A DNA stretch of 64,000 nt from Patescibacteria group bacterium (GTDB lineage Bacteria > Patescibacteriota > Microgenomatia > UBA10105 > UBA927). Location of the stretch: positions 169,259 through 233,258 of the forward strand of contig JAMCTH010000003.1 of NCBI GenBank assembly GCA_023379025.1, read 5' to 3'. Both the position numbers and the translations under genes were made by a program. Below the pieces are notes generated by a model. That model was not told the origin of the DNA. It searched no databases and saw only the letters and a program-made list of their open reading frames with translations. Positions 1 through 7,759 of this stretch are shown here, piece after piece; positions within the stretch are counted from its first letter, which is position 1, and every line of letters starts with the position of its first letter.

Positions 1-132
1 GAGCATAACCTCGGAGACCATGATCCGGTATGGATCGTGGGTATGCCGCCACGGCAGATCCCTCCTGTGGATCTTCCACCAGAAAAAAATCCTCTGCTGA
101 AAAGAGCGCACGTCGCTCTGCTTTAGTATCAC
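1..132 (-). CDS. mutY: A/G-specific adenine glycosylase, N-terminal part (runs off window start)
   Basis: Hand translation from GTG132 gives ...WWKIHRRDLPWRHTHDPYRIMVSEVML, the MutY N-terminal signature. Not in the ORF track. Confidence 0.85.
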   Translation of the reverse strand, partial: MILKQSDVRSFQQRIFFWWKIHRRDLPWRHTHDPYRIMVSEVML

Positions 133-186
133 GACGTTATTCTATCAAAACCTGCGGCCCTACGGCGTCTATAGTACAATACGCTC

Positions 187-1047
187 ATGAAAGCGGGAAC
201 GGTATGTCTCATCGGGCGCCCGAATGCGGGCAAGTCGACACTCGTCAATGCGATTGTCGGACACAAGGTTGCCATAACTTCTCCTAAGCCTCAGACCACC
301 CGCTTCCCGATCCGCGCCGTCTATGAAGACAACCGCGGCCAGATCCTCTTCACGGATACGCCCGGCATATTTGCCAAAGCCTCCGATACCCTCTCACGGA
401 AAATCAATCCGGAAGCCGAATCCGCGCTCAGGGACGGCGCCGATCTCATCCTCTATGTTATAGACCATACCCGCCAGAAAAGCTTCGAAGAAAACAGGGC
501 GCTCGGCATCGTCCGTAAATCCGGCATCCCGACCATCCTCGTCATCAATAAAACGGACATCCGGGAACCGACATATGAAGTGCAGTATAAATTCATGGAA
601 TCCGAATGCGCTGCGGTTGTCCGCCTGTCGGCGCAAAAACATACCCACATAAACACACTCCTTGAAGAAATTTTTGCCCGCCTGCCGGAGGGGGAACCTT
701 TCGTTGATACCTCCGCACTCGCCCAGCCGGCAATACATATGGACAGCAAAACGTACCTTGCGGAAATCATCCGCGAGAAGGCGTTCCTGTTTCTCCGTCG
801 TGAAGTACCGTATAGCCTGACCGCGGTCGTAGACGACATCGAGGAGCGGGATAACGGGGTACTCTACATCAAGGCACGCATACTCACTTCTGCGGACCGC
901 TATAAGTCCATGATCATCGGTGCCGGAGGACGGATGGTGAAAGAAATAAGCATGGCAGCACGGAAAGAACTGGAGACCGCAAGCGGGAAGAAAGTATTTG
1001 TGGACCTCTCGGTCGAGACGGATGGGCACTGGATGGACTTCATTTAG
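187..1047 (+). CDS. era: GTPase Era
   Basis: GRPNAGKST, DTPG and NKTD GTPase motifs; C-terminal KH domain (IIGAGG). Confidence 0.96.
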   Translation: MKAGTVCLIGRPNAGKSTLVNAIVGHKVAITSPKPQTTRFPIRAVYEDNRGQILFTDTPGIFAKASDTLSRKINPEAESALRDGADLILYVIDHTRQKSFEENRALGIVRKSGIPTILVINKTDIREPTYEVQYKFMESECAAVVRLSAQKHTHINTLLEEIFARLPEGEPFVDTSALAQPAIHMDSKTYLAEIIREKAFLFLRREVPYSLTAVVDDIEERDNGVLYIKARILTSADRYKSMIIGAGGRMVKEISMAARKELETASGKKVFVDLSVETDGHWMDFI

Positions 1048-1066
1048 AAAACTGTTGATGGATAGT

Positions 1067-1101
1067 GGAAATTGGGAATAGAAATGGAGGTTCGAAATTG
1101 G
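1067..1101. repeat. 13-nt-period array (GAAATTGG-like x3), one arm of an inverted pair flanking the four-helix gene
   Basis: Units start at 1067, 1080 and 1093. 1067-1085 is the reverse complement of 1523-1541 at 17/19 positions. Confidence 0.75.
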
Positions 1102-1516
1102 TCAACCACCTCCCTGTTGCTTTGCATGATAATTTGTCCAATTCTGCTTAAGTTTAGTAAGTCTTTTACACGCTATATCATAATTTTTTATGGCGTGGTT
1201 ACATACAGCAACATCAACAAATTGCGGGTAAACATCAATACAGACTGACAGGTGATGTATCATTTCATTTGATTCACCAATCGTATCGTCAAGACTCTTT
1301 TTCCATTGACGCTTCTGATAACGCTTTGCGAATGCTTCTGCAATAAGTGCCGGGCCGGCCTTAGAAGCTCTTCGTATCTGATCCGCTAAGTCGTACTTTT
1401 CTTCTTTTTGGTAATGAAGGGACTATTTTTGTAATAACTAACACCATTAATGAATATAGATCCTGATAGACGACAAGGTCGCGAAAACCTCTTATTGAGT
1501 GTTGGCTATTCTCCAT
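1102..1516 (-). pseudogene. Four-helix-bundle protein (TIGR02436/IVP-like) with a +1 frameshift
   Basis: Hand translation: MENSQHSIRGFRDLVVYQ...LPK, then after one extra A in the A5 run (1405-1409) EEKYDLADQIRRASKAGPALIAEAFAKR...GESNE. Span is 415 nt = 138 codons + 1. Confidence 0.85.
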
Positions 1517-1562
1517 TTTCTAATTTCCATTACCAATTTCCGTTTTCTATAAACCAATTTCT
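1513..1562. repeat. CCAATTTC-like array, opposite arm of the inverted pair; overlaps the gltX 3' end
   Basis: Units at 1520, 1533 and 1554. Confidence 0.75.
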
Positions 1563-2947
1563 AATCTCTTAAGCGTTTCCTCTTTCCCCAAAATTTCCAG
1601 CGATTCGAGAAGTGGCGGTCCGACGGTTTTCCCCGTGACCGCAACCCTGATTTCCATAAAGAGATCCCTTGCCTTGATACCCGCCTTTTCCGAAGCGCTC
1701 CTCACTGCCCGCTCCATCGCTTCATGATCCCAATCCGTCATCTCCAGTGCCTTTTTCCCGATGCTCAGGACATCCGCTGCGAACGGCCGTTCAAATCCTT
1801 TCGGCCGCTCAAAGAAAAACCCTGCCAGAGAACGGTATTCCTTAAGCGTACTCATCCGCTCCTTCACGAGAGGGATGGTACGTGAAACCAGGGAGTGTTC
1901 GAGTGTTCCTATAGAAGCATCAAAAGCAACAAGCCGCTCATGCAGCTCTTTATCATCAAGAGCACGGATGTACTGGCCGTTCACCCAATCGAGCTTTTTA
2001 AGGTCAAACCTCGGAGCCTGTGAACCGATGGACCGGATATCGAAAAGCCGGATAAACTCGGCAAGCGGATATATCTCCTTCCCTTCCGGATGATGCCAGA
2101 CGATATTGGAAAGGTAGTTAAGAACCGCTTCCGGCAGGTAGCCGCCTTTCCGGTAATACTCGACGGATGCATGGCCGTGCCGTTTGGAGAGTTTCCCCTT
2201 CCCGTCTTCGTTGAGGATGAGGGGCAGATGCCCATGAACCGGCATATCCCATCCGAAGTACCGGTAAAGAAGGACATGTTTCGGCGTGGACGAGATCCAT
2301 TCCTTGCCGCGGAATACATGGCTTATCTCCATGAGGTGGTCATCGACAACCACCGCCAGATGGTACGTCGGATATCCGTCAGATTTTAAGATAACCTGGT
2401 GATCGATGACATCGCTGTCAAATTCAATATGGCCGGCGATCAGATCGTCAAATGCGATCGTTTCATGTTCAGGCACCTTCATCCGTATGACGTACGGTAT
2501 ACCGTCTTTAAGCCTGGCACGAACTTCGTCTGCCGTCAGCTTCAGACAGGTTTGGTCATACATCGGCGGCTGATGGTTTTTTTCCTGCGTTTTCCGCATC
2601 TCATCCAGGCGCCCGCGCGTACAAAAGCAGTGATAGGCATACCCTTTCCCTATCAGGGAGTCGACATATTTTCTATAAAGGGGAAGGCGCTCCGACTGAC
2701 GGTACGGCGCATACGGACCGCCCACTTTCGGACTCTCGTCCGGCGCGAGACCGAACCAGGCAAACGCATCGTAGATAATCCCTTCCGCGCCCTCCACAAA
2801 CCGTGCCCTGTCCGTATCCTCCAGCCGCATGACAAACTGTCCGTGGTTCTGGCGGGAAAAGGCAAAATCAACAAGCACCTGGTAAATCGTCCCGATATGC
2901 GGAAAACCTGTCGGAGAAGGAGCGATTCTTGTGCGGACGGTGTCCAT
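1547..2947 (-). CDS. gltX: Glutamate--tRNA ligase
   Basis: VRTRIAPSPTGFPHIGT (HIGH) and KLSKR (KMSKS). Start trimmed to MDTVRT at 2947. Confidence 0.96.
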   Translation of the reverse strand: MDTVRTRIAPSPTGFPHIGTIYQVLVDFAFSRQNHGQFVMRLEDTDRARFVEGAEGIIYDAFAWFGLAPDESPKVGGPYAPYRQSERLPLYRKYVDSLIGKGYAYHCFCTRGRLDEMRKTQEKNHQPPMYDQTCLKLTADEVRARLKDGIPYVIRMKVPEHETIAFDDLIAGHIEFDSDVIDHQVILKSDGYPTYHLAVVVDDHLMEISHVFRGKEWISSTPKHVLLYRYFGWDMPVHGHLPLILNEDGKGKLSKRHGHASVEYYRKGGYLPEAVLNYLSNIVWHHPEGKEIYPLAEFIRLFDIRSIGSQAPRFDLKKLDWVNGQYIRALDDKELHERLVAFDASIGTLEHSLVSRTIPLVKERMSTLKEYRSLAGFFFERPKGFERPFAADVLSIGKKALEMTDWDHEAMERAVRSASEKAGIKARDLFMEIRVAVTGKTVGPPLLESLEILGKEETLKRLEIGL

Positions 2948-2992
2948 AGTTACATTGATTCTACCATCACCTTCTCCTATACTCAAAGAAGA

Positions 2993-4048
2993 ATGGCTTC
3001 TCTCACCGAAACTGCTTACTATACGAGACGCACCATCAACTGGCTGATCCTTGCCGTCATCGCGTATTTTCTCCTCAGGATCTTCTGGAGCATGTTTGTT
3101 GCCGCATGGCTTATCCTTTTTCCTCCGAAAGCCCCTCCCCCGAACCACAGGTTCGGGAAACTTCCCGCGCTCGTATTTCCGCCGGTGGCGTCAGGCTCGG
3201 CAAAACTGAAATTCTCCCTCCAGACGATCCAGGGAGACCTGCCTGCCGCATCGGCATCCGCCAATGTCTATCTCATGCCCAAGTCTCCGGCAAACCTACT
3301 CGCTATGCCCAATACCCAGGCCTTTGCCCAGCAGCTCAAATTCGACCCGACGCCCATACAGGACACCAAGGATATATTTCACTTCAATGATCCGGCGTTT
3401 CCGCTCCGGACGCTGACCTACAACATCGTATCGGATAATTTCCGGCTGTTTTATGACTTCACGAAAGAACCGAGCCTGTTTAACGACCATGCGCTCCCAT
3501 CGACCGATGAGGTGAAAACCGACGCCATAGCCCAAATGCAGAACCTCAGTATCTATGTTCCGGATCTGAAACTCGGCACCAGGAGCGTATCGTTTCTCCG
3601 CTATATCAACAGCCAGCTCATGCCCGCGACGAGTCTTTCCCAGGCGGACGCAGAACGCATAGACTTTTTCCGTCAGGAAGTCGGAGACACGAAAATTCTC
3701 CCTCCCGATCCGGATGAAGGTTCCGTATACCTCATATACTCGGGCTCTTTGACATCCCAAAAACAGCTTATTGATTTTACCTACCGCTTCTGGCCGATCG
3801 ATTATGAAACCTACGGCACGTATGCGCTCAAAACCAGTTCCCAGGCATGGCAGGATCTTCAGGGCGGCAGAGGATATATCGCGCGCTACCCCAACAACGG
3901 CTCAACGACCGTAACCGTCCGGAACATCTACCTTGCATACTACGACAGCTATGATCCGGAGACGTATCTCCAGCCGATCTTCGTCTTTGAAGGAGACTAT
4001 GGATTTATGGCTTATGTGCCGGCTGTGGATCCTGCCTGGACGGAATGA
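2993..4048 (+). CDS. Hypothetical membrane-anchored protein
   Basis: MASLTETAYYTRR followed by a hydrophobic helix and PPKAPPP, then a soluble domain. The upstream part of the track ORF is antisense to gltX. Confidence 0.8.
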   Translation: MASLTETAYYTRRTINWLILAVIAYFLLRIFWSMFVAAWLILFPPKAPPPNHRFGKLPALVFPPVASGSAKLKFSLQTIQGDLPAASASANVYLMPKSPANLLAMPNTQAFAQQLKFDPTPIQDTKDIFHFNDPAFPLRTLTYNIVSDNFRLFYDFTKEPSLFNDHALPSTDEVKTDAIAQMQNLSIYVPDLKLGTRSVSFLRYINSQLMPATSLSQADAERIDFFRQEVGDTKILPPDPDEGSVYLIYSGSLTSQKQLIDFTYRFWPIDYETYGTYALKTSSQAWQDLQGGRGYIARYPNNGSTTVTVRNIYLAYYDSYDPETYLQPIFVFEGDYGFMAYVPAVDPAWTE

Positions 4049-4061
4049 GGAATGAAGCAAA

Positions 4062-4150
4062 TCGTTAGTTCGTTAGTTCGCGAGACCGTTCATTCGTATA
4101 TAAAGAATTTTTATCGAAGTAACGAAGTAACTTGTGTTGCGAACCAACTA
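4062..4150. repeat. Inverted pair of 8-mer arrays (TCGTTAGT x2 ... CGAAGTAA x2)
   Basis: Direct reading; lies between convergent genes. Confidence 0.65.
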
Positions 4151-5140
4151 TTCTCCTGTTCCATAAATTTGCCAGGCATAGTTTCCGAAGACCCAGTCAA
4201 TGAGTTTCGTCGTGTCTCCGAAGCGGTCCTGACTGTGAAGAACGACAAAAATCACCTGGTGCCCGCCCCGGTCCACAAGGGTTACGAGATTTTCTCCGGC
4301 TTCCTCCGTCCAGCCGGTCTTGATGCCGGCAACCCCCGGGATTTTCCCCAGAAGCTCATTGACGTTTTTGAGCGCATGGTAATACGTATGCGTCACGTCC
4401 GGCACGGTGATCTCCGGGATCGCCACCATTGTTGTGATCGTTTTGTTGGTCAGGGCATAGGCGGAAAGCCGGGCGAGGTCAAGCGGTGTCGTTTTATGTT
4501 CCGGATTGTCGTATCCCACCGGATTGGTAAAATGCGTATCTGTGAGGTGCAGCTCCTTCGCCTTCAGATTCATCGCGGTCACAAATGCCGGCTCGCCACC
4601 CGGGAAATGATCCGCAAGCGCCCGGGCGGCATCGTTTCCTGAGTAGATGAGCGCGCCGTACAGCAGATTTTCCACGGTCATCCGTTCTCCGGGAAACAAC
4701 CCCATGACCTGTCCGTCGTTGGCGATATTGTTTACCGTCACCACGTCATCGAGGTTATAATGCTCGAGCGCAACAAGCGCCGTCATAATCTTGGTCGTCG
4801 AGGCCGGGGCAAGACGCTCTTCTGCGTTGCGCTTATAGAGGTATACGCCGGATGCAACATCCAGAACGACAACGCCTTCTGCGGAGATTTCCGGACCCGG
4901 ATACACGCCGGTTCTGTTTTCCGGATACGGCGCGGGAGCCGGAACGTGCGGCAGGGCACTGCGCGGCGGTTCGGGCGTCTCTTCACGGAGGGCAACGGTG
5001 TAGACATTCTGGCCGGGATAGAAAAGGAAAAAGACCGCCAACACGGTAAGGAGTAACATCTTACTCCAGGAATGCATATACCACCTGCTGCCGGATGGCT
5101 TCTTCTGTTTCGGTTTGGGAAGAAGTTTCTGCGCTGACAT
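4148..5140 (-). CDS. Serine D-Ala-D-Ala carboxypeptidase (peptidase S11)
   Basis: PASTTK (SxxK), SGN (SxN) and KTG motifs; N-terminal TM segment. Start taken at MSAQK. Confidence 0.92.
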   Translation of the reverse strand: MSAQKLLPKPKQKKPSGSRWYMHSWSKMLLLTVLAVFFLFYPGQNVYTVALREETPEPPRSALPHVPAPAPYPENRTGVYPGPEISAEGVVVLDVASGVYLYKRNAEERLAPASTTKIMTALVALEHYNLDDVVTVNNIANDGQVMGLFPGERMTVENLLYGALIYSGNDAARALADHFPGGEPAFVTAMNLKAKELHLTDTHFTNPVGYDNPEHKTTPLDLARLSAYALTNKTITTMVAIPEITVPDVTHTYYHALKNVNELLGKIPGVAGIKTGWTEEAGENLVTLVDRGGHQVIFVVLHSQDRFGDTTKLIDWVFGNYAWQIYGTGE

Positions 5141-5183
5141 AACGTACGAGCCGTGTCGCCACGGGACAAAAGCTGGTAGCCGA

Positions 5184-7088
5184 TTACGCGGCTTCGCGGG
5201 AAAACGAACCGACAACGGGACGGGCGACGTTTTCGTAAGACTTCTCTGCCATGGAAACGGATTTGGTATGGAGACCCGCGTTAAAGACGATCGTATCGTT
5301 TTTCCGGACGGCATCATCCATATAGAGCGGCACGTCGAATATATGGCCGAACGGCGGTACGGCGCCGATTGGGACGGATGTAACCCGAAGCACCTCATCG
5401 GGTGTCGCCATACGGAGGTCTTTTATTCCGTAAAGTTTTTTGAACGCATGCATGTCTATTTTCCTGTCTCCGGGAAGTACGACCATGAGCGGCTTGCCGT
5501 CACCGTAAAGAAGAATCGCCTTGGCACCGGCAGAGAGAGACGTATGTCTCACGTCCGCCGCTTCCCGGGATGTCGTAACGGCTTTATGTTCATGCGTCTT
5601 GTATTCACTATGGCCCTCGTCCAGAAGCTGTGTGATCGTCCTATACACAGATTCCCCGCCGGTCTTCTTTTGGGAAACGACAGAAATTCCAAGCTCTTTA
5701 AGTTGCCCGTCCGACGCCTGACTCGGCGCATCCATGACGCTCGTCTGCCCTCCCGCTGAAGCGGGAAATGCCATAACCTCCCGAATGCTCGGTTCACCAA
5801 GAGCAGTAAAGAGAAAACGGTCTATCCCCGGCGCGATGCCGCCGTGCGGCGGGACTCCGTACGTAAACGCCGTCAGCATATGGTCAAACTGTGCTTTCTG
5901 CTCTTCGGTAAACCCGATAAGATCAAATACTTTTTCCTGGACGTGTCTCTCATGAATTCTTATGCTTCCCCCGCCGACTTCATAGCCGTTCAGGACCATG
6001 TCGTGCTGCAGTCCCCGGACCTTCATGGGATCGGTCTCAAGAAGCGGTATGTCATCCGGATGCGGAGCGGTAAACATATGATGCGACGGCGCAAACCTCG
6101 CTTTTCCCGATCCGTGATAGAAGTCTTCTTCTGATTGCTCGGTAAAGAGCGGAAAGTCGACTGTCCACGCAAATGCAAGCTCATTGGGGTCTTTTTTATC
6201 GCGCCGCAGGTCCGGCTTATCGGTGCCATAGCGGGCAATCGCTTCCTTATGAGGGATCCTGGGCCAGGGAGTCTCGGTAATGTGTTTTTCCGGAAAAAGT
6301 TCCCCGACAAGCTTCGTAAACAGATCTTCGGCCAGAGTTAAAATATCTTCCTGGGTGACAAACGACAGCTCCATATCCAGCTGCGTAAACTCTCCGTACG
6401 CCCGGTCTTTTCTGGGATCCTCATCGCGGAAACATCGCGCAAGCTGAAAGTAGCGCTCGAGTCCGGCAACCATCAGGAGCTGCTTGTACTGCTGGGGAGA
6501 CTGCGGAAGCGCATAAAATTTCCCTTTCTGGAGGCGCGAAGGCACGATGAAATCCCTGGCCCCTTCCGGCGTGGTTTTTGTCAGAATGGGCGTTTCCACC
6601 TCGACAAAATCACGCTCGGTGAGGTAATTGCGGATAAAGGTGGTCATGCGGGACTTGAGACGGAGGTTTCTTGTCATGCGGGCGCGCCGGATATCGAGAT
6701 ACCGGTATTTCATCCGGATTTCCTCGTTTACCTCATAGCCGTCGGTATCGATAGGAAACGGAAGCTCCCTGGCTTTGCTGATAACCGTAAGTTTTTCTAC
6801 TTCAACTTCCACCTGTCCCGTCGGGATCTTGGGATTTACCATGGAGGCCGGACGCTCCTTCACGACCCCGGTGACTTCGATGACTGCTTCCGGCCGGGCT
6901 TCCGACAGGGTCTGACCACGCTCGCTTTTAAGGTCTGACCCTGAATAAACAAGCTGGACGATCCCCGAGCGGTCACGGAGGTCAAGGAAGGTGATTTTCC
7001 CATGATCCCGGCGGGTAGTCACCCACCCCTTTAGGATAACTTCCTCACCGACCTTTTTGACTGTTTCAACCGCTAGCGTCCGCTTCAT
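5184..7088 (-). CDS. aspS: Aspartate--tRNA ligase (no GAD insertion) fused to a C-terminal YbaK/ProXp-family domain
   Basis: OB fold (RRDHGKITFLDLRDRSG), LPQSPQQYKQLLM, CFRDED and PPHGGIAPGIDR. The last ~155 aa carry AKAIL and GAVPPFG. Confidence 0.93.
   Translation of the reverse strand: MKRTLAVETVKKVGEEVILKGWVTTRRDHGKITFLDLRDRSGIVQLVYSGSDLKSERGQTLSEARPEAVIEVTGVVKERPASMVNPKIPTGQVEVEVEKLTVISKARELPFPIDTDGYEVNEEIRMKYRYLDIRRARMTRNLRLKSRMTTFIRNYLTERDFVEVETPILTKTTPEGARDFIVPSRLQKGKFYALPQSPQQYKQLLMVAGLERYFQLARCFRDEDPRKDRAYGEFTQLDMELSFVTQEDILTLAEDLFTKLVGELFPEKHITETPWPRIPHKEAIARYGTDKPDLRRDKKDPNELAFAWTVDFPLFTEQSEEDFYHGSGKARFAPSHHMFTAPHPDDIPLLETDPMKVRGLQHDMVLNGYEVGGGSIRIHERHVQEKVFDLIGFTEEQKAQFDHMLTAFTYGVPPHGGIAPGIDRFLFTALGEPSIREVMAFPASAGGQTSVMDAPSQASDGQLKELGISVVSQKKTGGESVYRTITQLLDEGHSEYKTHEHKAVTTSREAADVRHTSLSAGAKAILLYGDGKPLMVVLPGDRKIDMHAFKKLYGIKDLRMATPDEVLRVTSVPIGAVPPFGHIFDVPLYMDDAVRKNDTIVFNAGLHTKSVSMAEKSYENVARPVVGSFSREAA
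6906..6943. repeat. Degenerate palindromic element inside aspS
   Basis: CAGGGTCTGACCACGCTCGCTTTTAAGGTCTGACCCTG; the last 18 nt are identical to the copy in recJ. Confidence 0.8.
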
Positions 7089-7118
7089 AATATTATCCTA
7101 AAGCACATCTCATAATTC

Positions 7119-7190
7119 GTCACTCTGGCTTGTCCAGAGTCACTAACCATTACTTTGATTCCGGATGCGCCTTCGGCTTACCAGAATGAC
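7119..7190. repeat. REP-like double-hairpin element
   Basis: GTCACTCTGG-CTTGT-CCAGAGTC ... GATTCCGG ... CCAGAATGAC; the two termini are near-complementary. Confidence 0.6.
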
Positions 7191-7220
7191 GTAAACTACG
7201 TAGTTATGAAATACTTCCAC

Positions 7221-7248
7221 TTATCATTTGTCATTTATCATTTAGCAT
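7221..7248. repeat. Heptamer array TTATCAT TTGTCAT TTATCAT TTAGCAT
   Basis: Direct reading. Confidence 0.75.
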
Positions 7249-7268
7249 TGTATCCGTCTTTCCACCCC

Positions 7269-7298
7269 TTGACAATAACTGAGGTTGTTTGATATAAA
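7269..7298 (+). promoter_or_regulatory. Sigma70-type promoter
   Basis: TTGACA-18-TATAAA with a TG extended -10. Confidence 0.7.
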
Positions 7299-7323
7299 TG
7301 TATGGTAGTTCACAATTAGACCT

Positions 7324-7404
7324 ATGCAAAGCGCTTCCGTCCACTTTATTCAGACCCTTATGAGCCTCCGAATTGGAGAGAGGGTTTGTGTGGCGGCTGC
7401 GTAA
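7324..7404 (+). CDS. Putative 26-aa leader peptide MQSASVHFIQTLMSLRIGERVCVAAA
   Basis: Short ORF between the promoter and the terminator; contains the antiterminator sequence. Confidence 0.55.
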   Translation: MQSASVHFIQTLMSLRIGERVCVAAA

Positions 7405-7431
7405 CGAATAAAAACAAAGTCATTCCAAAAC

Positions 7432-7459
7432 AAACCCTCCAGAAGACGGAGGGTTTTTT
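7432..7459 (+). terminator. Intrinsic terminator (attenuator)
   Basis: AAACCCTCC-AGAAGAC-GGAGGG-TTTTTT. Confidence 0.85.
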
Positions 7460-7500
7460 GATGGATACCGCATACGTGCCGAAAGGAGGTGGTATGTATT

Positions 7501-7737
7501 ATGGAAGCAGATGTTGATACAGGAACAGGAAGTGGCTATCAGACAAGCGCTGCCTTTTTTTGCGCAGGCGAATCAATGCCTCTCCCAACGCAATATACAT
7601 CCGAAGATATATTCAGACAGGCAGAAACTCTTTTTGCTCTTGCCAGTTCAGGCATACTTGAAAATCCTGAAGAAGCATTGGAAAGGGCAGAAAGCTTATT
7701 AAACTATGCAGCAGGACTCAGCGCCGGCGGAAAGTGA
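7501..7737 (+). CDS. Small acidic hypothetical protein (78 aa)
   Basis: Strong SD (AAGGAGGT) upstream; no recognisable family. Confidence 0.6.
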   Translation: MEADVDTGTGSGYQTSAAFFCAGESMPLPTQYTSEDIFRQAETLFALASSGILENPEEALERAESLLNYAAGLSAGGK

Positions 7738-7759
7738 TCTCCTGAAAGCTATCTACCAA

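Noticed and set aside
2399-3148. Apparent overlap between gltX and the 549-aa ORF
   Set aside because: Both track ORFs are over-extended; the plausible starts are 2947 (-) and 2993 (+).
4052-4642. 196-aa plus-strand ORF
   Set aside because: It starts in a repeat array and is otherwise antisense to the carboxypeptidase gene.
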